Below are positions 22,006 through 32,570 of a DNA stretch of 64,000 nt, one piece after another. The notes under the pieces are model-generated. The model did no database searches. It was not told where the DNA came from and saw only the letters and a program-made list of their open reading frames with translations. Each line of letters begins with the position of its first letter. Position 1 is the first letter of the stretch. The DNA comes from an uncultured delta proteobacterium (GTDB taxonomy: Bacteria > Desulfobacterota > Desulfuromonadia > Desulfuromonadales > JACZKF01): assembly GCA_963816395.1 (NCBI GenBank), contig CAWFKQ010000003.1, positions 1 to 64,000 on the forward strand. The letters are read 5' to 3'. The translations under genes were made by a program, and so were the position numbers.

Positions 22006-23264
22006 TTATCTTGCTGGCGAGAGGAGGTCGTGCATGAGGCCTTGTTTTTGTTGGTGGAGACTTTCAGCGAGAGTCTGCTCCAACGCGACCTTTGCCGAAA
22101 CAGTGGCGATTCTTTCAATGATTGCGTTTTGCTCAGGCATTTCCGGCAGGACAACCAGGAGATCACGCAATTCTCCGACATTAAAGTGTTGCTGGGCCAA
22201 GCCGCCTTGTTTGCGTAGGACCTGGTCTTTGCCAAAAGAGGAGTTGATCCAATTTGCCAGGAATTACGGGAGCACCGAGGAAGAAGGTCGTGAAATGAGC
22301 ACGTCGACGCAGTTCGCCCGCAAACTCTTCCGGGACCACTGCGCTTGTCCCCGGGTACCCTGTTCTAACTGATATGACATCGCCAGCCTGAACTTGGCTC
22401 TTGGCAAGCAGAACATTTGATTGCGGAGAGATAATATGAGGTCTGAGGCATCTATTCCCTAGTCTCCCGGATATTGGCGGAGCGAAATGCCGGGATCCTT
22501 CGTACGACGTAGATACTGTGTTGGCCTGACGATATGCCGTACGGTGATTTTTTCGCAAGTGCCGAGCATGGCTTAACCTCCCACTCCTTCGGAATCCACC
22601 CAAGCGGCGATTCCTTGTAAAGCTCAGGCGCCTGCTCGCGGGTGGGGCGAAGCCGGCCATCGGGGGTGACCCCGCGGGTGAAAAGGTCGTGCATCAGCCC
22701 CGCCTTGACCTGCTGCATCTTCGCAATCAGCGCCTCCGTCTGCTCAATCGCTTCGTCCAGCGTCGAAAGGATTTCGGCGATGCGGCGCTGCTGGGGAGGG
22801 GGCGACGTACGGGATAAGAAATCAGATCATGATGCGCTGTTGCCGATGAGGCTGGCCTGATCGCAGCTTTGTACAGGTGCTCGCGGCCTGCCGCATTCCG
22901 GTGAAATGAAGCCTTGTCATGTCTGCGCCTGCAGGCAGACGATAAACTGTGTCATCTCCTGGCTGATTGCGATGTCACACTGGACAAGGCGAGTCTTCGA
23001 ACGCCAGGCGGGTATACCAATCATGCAGTTGGACGGCCAAGAGAACCACATATTCCCGTCACCAAATCGCCAGGTTCATCCTGACACTGACTTCGCCAAA
23101 GGGAAAGATCACTGATCCGGCACGGATGTAATCGTCAGGCCCGCGTTACACCGGAAATTGACCCAGCCGACTTCTCCGAAGTATCTGGGATCGACCGTCG
23201 GTCGGAGGAGGCTCGCAATTGCGCATATCGGCAATAGCGTCGAAAGCGACTGCCACTCACTCAT
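22006..23264 (-). CDS. hsdS: Type I RM specificity subunit S (heavily frameshifted)
   Basis: Conserved parts QQRRIAEILSTLDEAIEQTEALIAK, KAGLMHDLFTRG, ELYKESPLGWIPKEWEV, EQNAI...QKQGLMHDLL; ATG overlaps the hsdM stop. Confidence 0.85.
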
Positions 23265-25880
23265 ACCCCAACTCCACCAAAAACCCCTTCAACCTCGCCG
23301 CCGCCGCATCCCGCCGGGCCTCGATCTCCTTGGCCGTCACGGCATATTTCCGATGCAGATTCTCCAGCGCCGCCAGACACGCCCGCTGGTCGGCCCGCAG
23401 ATACCCCTCGTAGGTCTGCACCAGCAGCCGGTGCAGGCGATCGAGGATGACCCGCCGGGCCTCGTCGCGGTCGATCTTCTCCCGGGCGGCGGCAACCAGC
23501 TCCTCCTGCTTCTTCTCCGTCGCCCGCAGCTCCGCCTTCAACTGCTTCGCCTCATCCTCCAGCGCCTTGTGCCGCTCCAGCCGCGCCTCGGCCGCCTCGG
23601 CCCGGGCGAGAAACTCTTTCGCGCTCCTCCCCTCCCGCTTCGCCAGCTTCGCCTGCGCCTTGGCCTCCTTCAGCTCGGCCTTGAGCGCCTTGACCTCCTC
23701 GGCGGGAAGCACCCCGGTGTCGTCGCTGTCCTCGTAATCCTCCTCATCGGCCGCGGCGAACAGGGCCGAGAGCTCGGCCAGCCGCAGGCGCTTCTGCTCG
23801 TTCTCGGCCAGCAGCTCCGGGAACTGGCTCTCCAGAATGTCGGCATCGGGGATCAGCTCCGCCCCCCAGCCGCTGGCGGCGATCGACTTGAGGTCGGCCT
23901 TCAGGTCCTCCACGTAGCGGGCGAAGGCGCCGCGGATCTGGTACTCGTTCAGCAGGTCCTGCCCGGCGAAGGCCTCGGTGATGGTGGCGAGCAGCCGCCG
24001 GCGCAGCTCGTAGACGTTCCCCTTCTTGCCGTTGGTGGCGGCGAGGTCCTGGACCAGCGGCAGGTTCTCCTGCCACCAGCTTTCCAGCGTCTGCAGAAAG
24101 CGGCTCTGCGCCGTCGCCACGCCGGGTCGGTCTTGACCAGTTCGGCCAGGGCGCGGCGGTCGGTGACGGCGGGGGTGAAGTCGGCGTATTGCTCCCCTCA
24201 CCCCGGCCCTCTCCCGGAGAAGCAGCCCCTCTCCCCAGCCCTCTCCCACAAAGGGGAGAGGGGGCAAAACCTTCCCGGGGGAGTGTAGAGTAGGTGGCCG
24301 CCTGCTCGTGGACCGTTCCGACCGATCGGTCCGATCCGACGGATCGGTCGGATGAACCCGTCCGATGACAAAACACCCGCTCCCGCAGGCCGGGGTAGTT
24401 CGTCCAGTAGCGGGCCAGCGCCTCGATCTCCGCCACCGGCACGCCGCCGTGCAGGTGGGCGCGGACGTCGTGGGGCTCGGGGGGCGGGGCGTTGTCGACG
24501 TAGCGGCGGATGTTGCAGTTGAAGTCCTCGGCGGCGATCTCACTCACCGGCACCCGGCGGGCGTAGCCGGGGACGTCCTTCCGCTCGCGGTAGACGTGGG
24601 CGATCTTGGCGATGTCCTCGGGGCGCAGGAAGTTCTGCGCCTTCCCCTCGCGGTATTCGCGGTCGGCGTTGATGAAGAAGACGTGGTCGCGGCTGGCAGC
24701 GTCCTTCTTGTTCATCACCAGCACGCAGGCGGGAATGCCGGTGCCGTAGAAGAGCCCGGCGGGGAGGCCGATGATCGCCTCCAGCCAGCCGCGCTCGATG
24801 AAGTACCGGCGCGCCTCCTTCTCCTCGCCGCCGCGGAAGAGGACGCCGTGCGGCATGACGGTGGCCATCCTGCCGTCGGCCTTGAGCACCGCCAGCATGT
24901 GCTGGACGAACATCAGGTCGGCCTTCTTCCCCTTCTCCGGCAGCCAGACGGCAAAGCGGCCGGGGTAGTCGATGTCCTTCTTGATGTAGTTCTGCGAAAA
25001 GGGGGGATTGGCGAGCACCCGGTCGTAGCGCGCCAGTTCGCCCCCCTCGGCCCGGTGCTGCGGCCGGCGCAGGGTGTCCTCCTGGCGGATGTCGGCGTGC
25101 TCGATGCCGTGCAGGAGCATGTTCATCTTGCAGATCGACCAGGTGGTGCCGATGCTCTCCTGCCCGGCAAGCGTCAGGTCGCGCGGATCGCCGCCGCACT
25201 CGCGGACGTAGTCGCGGGTCTGGATGAGCATGCCGCCCGAGCCGCAGGTGGGGTCGTAGACGCTCATCCCCGGCTGCGGATCGACGATCTCCACCAGGGT
25301 GCGCACCACGTCGGCCGGGGTGTAGAACTCCCCGGCCTTCTTGCCGGCGGAATCGGCGAAGTACTTGATCAGGTATTCGTAGGCCGCGCCGAGCAGGTCG
25401 GGGAACTCGAAGTTCTCGTCGCGCAGCGGGATCTTCTCGAAGTTCTGGATGAAGTTGGCGAGGGTGTCGTCGTCGAGGGAGCGCTGGCCGATCTTCTTGT
25501 TGAAGTTGATCCCCTTGAGCACGTCCTGCAGCGCATCGACGTTGGCGTCCTCCAGCGCCTCCAGCGCCTTGTTCAGGGCGGTGCCGACGTTGGTCTTCAG
25601 GTGGCGGATCGTGTTCCAGTGCGCCTCCTCCGGGACGAAGAAGGTGTACTTGTCCGGGTTGGCGAGCTGCCCGGCGATGACCGCCTCCGCCATCCCCTTC
25701 GCCCTGCAGATCCTTGGCCAGCTGCTCCCGCTCCTGATCGAACAGGTCGGAGAGCCGCTTCAGGAAGAGCATGCCGAAGATGTATTCCTTGTATTCGGAG
25801 GCATCCATGTTGCCGCGCAGATCGTCGCAGGCGCGGAAGAGGAGGCTGGAGAGCTGGCTTAAAGTGAGCTTTGGAGACAT
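23257..25880 (-). CDS. hsdM: Type I RM N6-adenine methyltransferase subunit M (frameshifted, with a repeat-derived insert)
   Basis: [61 protein letters not shown]. Confidence 0.95.
24194..24264. repeat. CCCTCACCCCGGCCCTCTCCC...GGGAGAGGG palindromic element inside hsdM
   Basis: Two tandem CCCCTC(A/T)CCCC(G/A)GCCCTCTCCC units; the second is closed by GGGGAGAGGG, forming a hairpin. Confidence 0.75.
24317..24366. repeat. 9-nt-period GATCnGnCn array (other copies 15990-16033, 17821-17868, 18054-18091, 61116-61161)
   Basis: CCGACC GATCGGTCC GATCCGACG GATCGGTCG GAT; near-identical to 18055-18085. Confidence 0.9.
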
Positions 25881-26024
25881 TGATCATTCCTGATTAAATT
25901 CACGCATGAAAACAAGGGAAATGCCAAGCATTGTGGCATTTTAATCGCCGGCTGGCAAAAAGATTCTGCCCTATCGCAGCCCAACATGTGCCTGCACACC
26001 CGAAGACAATGAAAACCAGGAATT

Positions 26025-26129
26025 TAACGCCAAGGCGCAAGGGGAAATGAAAGTCGCAAAGGGTGTAAAGCGAAACAGTCTTACGGATTTTCTCTGCGCC
26101 TTGGTTCTCAGCCTTGCGTCTTTGCGTTA
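26025..26129. repeat. Imperfect inverted repeat of CGC(A/C)AAG units at the island edge
   Basis: TAACGCCAAGGCGCAAGG ... CCTTGCGTCTTTGCGTTA. Confidence 0.7.
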
Positions 26130-26307
26130 TCCCTTTTTTTCAGGGGTTAAAACCGAACTTTTCAGGACAGAGACAAGCGAAGGGGCGCCGGCGGTAAATC
26201 TCTTGTGTCACGCCCATGGAGCCGTGAATCTTCATGCCTGGATGGAGGTTTCCGCTCGGAAAGTCGGCTTTTGCGGTATCCTTTTAGAAAAACACGAGAG
26301 GTGTCGC

Positions 26308-26820
26308 ATGCCTGAGGAACAGACGAACCCGGACGAGAAACCGCGCATACGGGAGATGTCCATCGATGATCTGTCAGAGGTCTTTCATATCGGCGAGGAG
26401 ATCTTTACCTCCGAGTATTCCCCGAGCCTGTACCGCACCTGGGACGAATACGAAATCACCACCCTGTTCAATTCCGACAGCGAGCTCTGCCTGGTGGCGG
26501 AAAGCGCCGGCGCCCTCGTCGGTTTCGCCTTGGGGACGACGGTGGAGAAGCACCATTCCGCCTGGAAATACGGCTACCTGGTCTGGCTCGGGGTGCGCAC
26601 GGGGGTGCAGAAGGGGCGCGTCGGCGAACGGCTGTTCCGGGAGATCCGCCGGCGCATGCGGGAGCAGGGGGTGCGGATCATCATCATCGACACCGATGCC
26701 GAAAATGAGGCGGCGATCCGCTTCTTCCGCAAGATGGGGTTCGGCAATGTGCAGCAGCACGTCTACATGACGCTCAACCTGGCCAGGAAAAGGAAGAAAG
26801 CGGGAGAAAAGAAGGGATGA
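26308..26820 (+). CDS. GNAT family N-acetyltransferase
   Basis: WLGVRTGVQKGRVGERL, NEAAIRFFRKMGF. Confidence 0.88.
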   Translation: MPEEQTNPDEKPRIREMSIDDLSEVFHIGEEIFTSEYSPSLYRTWDEYEITTLFNSDSELCLVAESAGALVGFALGTTVEKHHSAWKYGYLVWLGVRTGVQKGRVGERLFREIRRRMREQGVRIIIIDTDAENEAAIRFFRKMGFGNVQQHVYMTLNLARKRKKAGEKKG

Positions 26821-27956
26821 ATGCGGTTCTCGAGGAGGTTTGGCGGGGAATCGATCCGCACCGCCTGCGGCAGCTGCTGCTGGAGCTGATGGAGATCTAT
26901 TCCCCCAGCGGCAAGGAGGAGGATGCGCAGATTTTCATCGAGGAGTTCTGCGCCCGCCAGGGTCTGACCGCCGAGCGCCAGCCGGTGGAGGATGACCGCT
27001 ACAACCTGCGGTTCACCCTGGGGGAGGAAGAGCCGACGTTGTACCTGGTGGGGCATGTCGACACGGTTGGCGCCTGGGATCTGGAGGAATACGGGCCGCG
27101 GGAGGAGGGGGATATCATTCGCGGCCTGGGCAGCGCCGATATGAAGGGGGGGTGCGCCGCCATGCTGGAGGCCTTCCTCGCCCTGACTGCCCTGCCGGCC
27201 GGCCGCCGGCCGCCGGTGGGTCTGCTGCTGGCGGTGGGGGAAGAGGAGAACGGCGACGGCAGCGCCGCCTTTCTGCACCGTCACCGACCCCCCTGGGTGG
27301 TGATCGGGGAGCCGACCGGCCTGACCGCCTGCTTCTCCCACTACGGCTACCTGGAGGCGGCCCTGGTCGCCCGCGGCCGGCGCATCCACTCCTCCCTGCC
27401 CGAGCTGGGGCACAACGCGGTGGAGTCGATGCTGCGGGTCCTGCTGCACCTGGGCCGGGATCCCCTCTTCGACCGGGAGCAGTCCGGGATCGTCTACTCC
27501 ATCCGGGAGATGAGCTCGGCGCGCGCCGGCTTCGTCGTTCCCGACCGCTGCGAGACCCGCATCGATCTGCACCTGCCGCCGGAAATGGAGCCGGAGACGG
27601 TGATGGCGGCGATCCGCCGGCGCGCCGGCCTGGCCGGCGAGTTCATCCCCGGGCTCGATCTGGAGGTCGATTTCGATTTCGCCGCCCGCGGCTATCAGCT
27701 GGGCATCGACAGTCCGCCGGCAGCGGTCCTGAAGGAGATTTACGACCGCCTCGGCTTGTCGCTGCGCTGCGAGCCCTTCCGCTCCCATTCCGATGGCAAT
27801 CTCTTCTTCGAGGCCGGGGTGCGCCCCCTGATCCTCGGCCCCGGCCTGCTGGAGGTGGCGCACACCCCGGACGAGCAGACCAGCTTCGCCGAGGTCCTGG
27901 CGGCGGCGAAGATCTATGCGGCGTTGGCGGTTGAATTCAGGCTGGCGAGCGGCTAG
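26817..27956 (+). CDS. M20/M25/M40 metallo-hydrolase (ArgE/DapE-like)
   Basis: GHVDTV, GLGSADMKGG, GEEENG, IGEPT, AHTPDE. Confidence 0.9.
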   Translation: MNAVLEEVWRGIDPHRLRQLLLELMEIYSPSGKEEDAQIFIEEFCARQGLTAERQPVEDDRYNLRFTLGEEEPTLYLVGHVDTVGAWDLEEYGPREEGDIIRGLGSADMKGGCAAMLEAFLALTALPAGRRPPVGLLLAVGEEENGDGSAAFLHRHRPPWVVIGEPTGLTACFSHYGYLEAALVARGRRIHSSLPELGHNAVESMLRVLLHLGRDPLFDREQSGIVYSIREMSSARAGFVVPDRCETRIDLHLPPEMEPETVMAAIRRRAGLAGEFIPGLDLEVDFDFAARGYQLGIDSPPAAVLKEIYDRLGLSLRCEPFRSHSDGNLFFEAGVRPLILGPGLLEVAHTPDEQTSFAEVLAAAKIYAALAVEFRLASG

Positions 27957-28088
27957 CGGTTAACTTCAGGCTAGAGGCAAGAGGCTAGCGGCAAGCGGTG
28001 AAAGACCAAGGCTGAATAAAAAAGCGACCTCCGAAAAAGGTCGCTTTTGCTTTTCCTCTAGCCTCTAGCCGCTGGCCGCTAGCCTGCC
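27944..28088. repeat. Inverted arrays of the heptamer GGC(T/A)AG(A/C) around a terminator
   Basis: Left GGCTAGA GGCAAGA GGCTAGC GGCAAGC; right TCTAGCC TCTAGCC GCTGGCC GCTAGCC. Confidence 0.8.
28018..28054. terminator. Bidirectional terminator
   Basis: AAAAAAGCGACCT-ccgaaaa-AGGTCGCTTTT between convergent genes. Confidence 0.8.
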
Positions 28089-28089
28089 T

Positions 28090-29089
28090 TTATCCTTCCA
28101 TCTCGATCAGCGAATGGTCGCCGATGTTCATCCGGCGCGGCGGGGCGATCAGCCGCACGGAATCCCCCAGCAGGCTCGATGCGAGCACCATGTTGCGCAC
28201 TTCGCTGTCGGCGTTGATGATCGAATCCTTGATGATGCTCGCCTCGATGATGCTGCCGGCGGCCACCGAGACGTTGGGACCGAGGATGCTGTTGCGCACC
28301 ACCGCCCCTTCGCCGATGTGCACCGGGTCGATCAGCACCGAATCGACCACCTCGCCGTGGCAGTGATTGCGCCCCCGCAGCAGGTAGCGGTTGGTCTCCA
28401 GCAGCGTCTCGGGCTTGCCGCAGTCGAGCCAGGCATCGATTTCCGGCGCCCGGAATTTCATGCCGTCTGCGGATCATGCGCATGAACACCGCCGGCAGGT
28501 AGTATTCCCCCTTGACCGTCTCCCCGGCGGCGATCGTCTCGCTCGATGCACTCCATGAAGCGGCGCGCCGTCCTTGAGGTAGTACAGACCCACCTGGGCC
28601 AGGCGCGATACCGGCTCGCGCGGCTTTTCCACCATGTCGACGATGAAGCCGTCGCGCAGCACGTTCACCCCGAAGCGCTGGTAATCCGCCACCTCCTTGG
28701 AATAGATGAGGCCGTCGCAGTCGGCGGTCAGCCGGGAAACGGCGGTCAGATCGGTGACGAAGATGGTATCGTTGAAGACCACCAGCACGTCGTCTCCGCG
28801 GCCGATGCGGGGGGCCGCCAGAGAGACCGCGTGGGCCGGGCCGAGGCGCTCCTTCTGGACGATATAGGTGCAGTGCAGGGCGGGAAACTTGCGGTCCATG
28901 AACTCTCTCGATCTGGCCGCCGTTCTCATCGGTGATGAAGATGTATTCGGTGGCCGCCAGCGGCTGCAGGCGGCTGATGATGTGCTCAAGGACCGTTTTC
29001 CCGGCGACGCTGACCAGCGATTTGGCCCGGGTATGGGTGTGCGGACGCAGGCGGGTGCCCTTCCCCGCGACCGGCAGAATGATTTTCAT
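28090..29089 (-). CDS. Sugar-phosphate nucleotidyltransferase with a C-terminal hexapeptide-like region (frameshifted)
   Basis: ILPVAGKGTRLRPHT, EKP, WLDCGKPETLL, ILGPNVSV. Confidence 0.88.
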
Positions 29090-29159
29090 CGGTGATCTCT
29101 TCCCCCTTTTCCCGTTTGATTGAAGATCGATGCTTATCACCACGAAAGCTTTCAGTATA

Positions 29160-29753
29160 TCAGTAATCGTCTCCGCTGTCCTGCATTTCCCGGTGTTTGC
29201 TGCCCGTCGCCGGGCTGAAGGCGGCATGCCGGCGCAGCTGTTCGAGGAGGTAATCGGCGGCCAGGCCGTTGGCGAGCCCGGTGCCGAGGGCGAAGAGGAG
29301 AAAGAAGGGGAAGAGGCGCCAGACCGCGCCATGGCGCACCACCAGCAGCCAGGCGACCAGCAGCTGGCCGGCGGTGTGGGCGGCGGCGCCGAGAACGGAG
29401 GCGCCGACCGGTCCGAGACGCCGGCCGAACAGGCCGCGGGCGCCGGTCATGGCGGCGGTGGCGGCGCTGCCGCCGGCCAGGGAAAGGAGGAAGCCGGGGG
29501 AGAAGAACTGCCCGAGGAGCAGGGAGCCGATGCCGATCCGTGCCAGGGTGAGGCCCCAGGCGGCCCGGGGGCCGTAGAGAAAGAGGGCGAGCAGGGTCAG
29601 GATGTTGGCGAAGCCGAAGCGGAACCAGGGCGCCGGCGAGGGGAGGAGGACCTCCATGGTGTGCAGGGCCACCGCCAGGGCGGTGAAGAGCGCCAGGAAG
29701 ATGCGGCGGCGCAGGCGCTCCAGCTCCCGCTCGTCAACGGCTGAGCAGGTCAT
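29160..29753 (-). CDS. Gx transporter family (heptaprenyl diphosphate synthase component I-like)
   Basis: E.LLPSPAPWFRFGFANI, SVLGAAAH..GQ; hydrophobic. Confidence 0.85.
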   Translation of the reverse strand: MTCSAVDERELERLRRRIFLALFTALAVALHTMEVLLPSPAPWFRFGFANILTLLALFLYGPRAAWGLTLARIGIGSLLLGQFFSPGFLLSLAGGSAATAAMTGARGLFGRRLGPVGASVLGAAAHTAGQLLVAWLLVVRHGAVWRLFPFFLLFALGTGLANGLAADYLLEQLRRHAAFSPATGSKHREMQDSGDDY

Positions 29754-30127
29754 AGTCCCCGTCCGTCGCCGCTTCTCCCCTCGATGCGCACCAGCAGGTG
29801 GTTGGGAACGCAGGCGATAAAGTCTCCCGTCCTCGCCGCCGGCCCCATTCCCATGCAGATCTTGTGCGGACAGGGGGAGGCAAGGATGCGGGCGGCACCG
29901 TCACGGATGGCCAGTTCCGTCTCTCCCAGGGGGCCGGCCAGCGCCACCGTGCGGTCCTCGGCCAGCGGGGCGGTGAAAACGACCCGCCCATCCCGCTCCA
30001 CCACCACCCGTTCGCCCGCTGCGCCCCGCTCCAGCAGGGCGAAGGAGCAGCCGGCGGCCAGCAGCAGGAGCAGGACGATGCCGCGGTCGAGGAGGGTCAG
30101 CCGGCGGAGCAGTCCCTTCAGCGCCAT
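29734..30127 (-). CDS. NusG domain II (DUF1312) protein
   Basis: GPLGET, SPCPHKIC, IACVPN; probable 3' frameshift. Confidence 0.85.
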
Positions 30128-31114
30128 TCGATTTTTCCCTGCAGGCCGCCGGTGAGATGCCGGCTGCCGTCGGCGGCGATAATCAAGCCCTCCACCCCGG
30201 GCAGACCCTCGAGCAGGGCCAGCCCCTTGTCCGGACCGAGGACGAAGGCGGCGGTAGAGAGCGCATCGGCGTCGGCGGCGCGCGCCGCCACCACGGTGAC
30301 GCTCTGGCAGCGGTCGGCCGGGTAGCCGGTGGCCGGATCGAAGAGATGATGGTACCGGTGGCCGTTCAGCTCGAAAAAGCGCTCATAATCGCCGGAAGTG
30401 ACGATGGCGGTATCGTGCAGCGGCAGCACCCCCAGGACGCTGCCCGTCCGGCGCGGGTGCTGGATGCCGATGCGCCAGGGTGCTCCATCGCCCCGGCCGC
30501 CGAGCAGGCGGATGTCGCCGCCGGCGTCCACCGAGGCGCTGCTCACCCCCGCCCGGCGCAGGATCTCGATGGCCCGGTCGACCGCATATCCCTTGGCGAT
30601 CCCTCCCAGGTCGATCGCCAGCGCCGGATCGCCCTTACTCACCTGTCTGCCGGCCAGCTGCAGGGCGCCCGGACCGGTGCCGGCAAGGGCCTGGCGGATT
30701 TCCGCCGGCGCCGGAACCCGCGGGTGTTCCCCTTCGATGTTCCACAGCGCCTTGAGCCGCCCGAGGGTCATGTCGAAGGCGCCGCCGGAGAGATTTCCCA
30801 CCTTCAAACCGAGGGCGATCACCTCGGCGGTCTCCGGCGCCACCTCGCCGCCGGCGACCGACCGCGAAAGGCGCGATGGGTCGCTGTCCGCGGCCGGCCC
30901 CATGAGCGCATCGATGCGCGCCATTTCGCCGAAAGCGGCGGTCACCGCCGCCTCCAGGCGCCCGCGGTCGGGGCCGTAGGCGGTGACCTCGACCACCGTG
31001 CCCATCAGAATCTGCCGGCGATCGACCCGCTGCGGCCCGGAGGCCGGGAGCCGCCAGGCCGCCGCGGCCACCAGGGCGGCGATCAGGGGCACGGACGATC
31101 AGGATATTTTTCAC
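30118..31114 (-). CDS. apbE: FAD:protein FMN transferase
   Basis: [47 protein letters not shown]; 5' frameshift. Confidence 0.92.
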
Positions 31115-31188
31115 GGGTTTGGACACGGGAAAACAGGAATCAGGTTGCCGGAAAAAGATAGTCGGGGAGGGCTGATTTGGCTCTTCCG

Positions 31189-32551
31189 CTAGCCTCTCGC
31201 CTCTGCGCCCCTTGCCTTCCTCGACGATCTCCCCGATCAGGTCATACTCAGAGGAGTCGGTGATCTTCAGGCGAACGATGTCGCCGACGGCGGCCTGGCC
31301 GGCGGTGATATAAACCTGGCCGTCGACATCCGGCGCCTGGCGGATGCAGCGGCCGCGCAGCAGCAGCTCGGTCTCCTCGCTGAAACCTTCCACCAGCACC
31401 GGTTCGATGCGTCCCACCAGCGCCCGGTTCTTGCGGAAAGAGACCCGCCCCTGGGCTTTCATCAGCTTGCCGTAGCGGATCTTCTTCACCCGCTCGGGGA
31501 TCTGGACGGGGAGGGCGGCCGCCGCTGTCCCTTCCTCCCGCGAGTAGCGGAACACTCCTACCCGCTCGAAGTGCCCTTCGTTGACGAAATCCAGCAGGCG
31601 GGCGAACTGTTCCTCGGTCTCGCCGGGGAAGCCGACGATGAAGGAAGTGCGCAGGGTGACCTCGGGGATGCGCCGGCGCACCCGCTCCAGCAGCTGGCGG
31701 ATGGCGGCCTGGTCGACCCGGCGGTTCATCAGCCCCAGGACGTTGTCGTCAATGTGCTGCAGAGGGATATCGAGATACTTGCAGATCTTCTCCTCACCGG
31801 CGATCAGCTCCAGCAACTCGTCGGAAATGCCGTCCGGGTAGGCATAAAGCAGGCGCAGCCAGTGCAGGCCATCGATCTTCACCAATTCCCGCAGCAGGCT
31901 CTCCAGGCGGCTGCCGTCTTCCCGGTCGGCACCGAAGGCGGTAATGTCCTGGGCGATCAGGTTGATCTCCTTCACCCCGGCCTCGACCAGCCGCCGCACT
32001 TCGCTGGTGACCGACTCGATGCTGCGCGACCGCAGGCTGCCGCGCAACTGGGGGATGATGCAGTAGGAGCAGTGATTGGCACACCCCTCGGCGATCTTCA
32101 CATAGGTGGAATAAAAAGGGGAGGAGCGCACGCGCGGAGTCGTGTGGTCGTAGAGAAAATCGGCTTCCCCCACCGCCTGCAGCGCCTCTCCCCGGCCAGC
32201 CAGGGCATCGAGCAGTTCAACGATGCGCGGCGCGTCGCTGGTGCCCATGAACAGGTCGACTTCCGGTAATTCCTCCGCCAGGTCCTCGCGGTAGCGCTGC
32301 GGCAGGCAGCCGGTGACGACCAGGTGACGGCAGCGCCCCCGGCTCTTGAAATCGGCAACTTCGAGGATCGTCTCCACCGACTCTTCCTTCGCTTCCTTGA
32401 TGAAAGAGCAGGTATTGACGATGATGATGTCGGCCTGGGCCTCGTCGGTGACGATCTCGAACCGGTCAGCCGGCAGATGGCCGAGCATCACTTCGGCATC
32501 GACCAGATTCTTCGGACAGCCGAGGCTGACTAAACTTACTTTTTTCTTCAT
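31189..32551 (-). CDS. rimO: Ribosomal protein S12 methylthiotransferase
   Basis: [12 protein letters not shown], radical [15 protein letters not shown] end APDVDG...YDLIG. The true stop is inferred at the TAG at 31189. Confidence 0.93.
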
Positions 32552-32570
32552 AAGCTCACTAGGGAGGGAT

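Noticed and set aside
11620..26130. Integrative element or prophage carrying the RM island
   Set aside because: No integrase, transposase, tRNA target or flanking att repeat was seen.
30635..32551. 638-aa RimO with a long C-terminal extension or apbE fusion
   Set aside because: The extension is an off-frame reading of apbE; a one-base shift in the heptamer array gives a normal stop at 31189.
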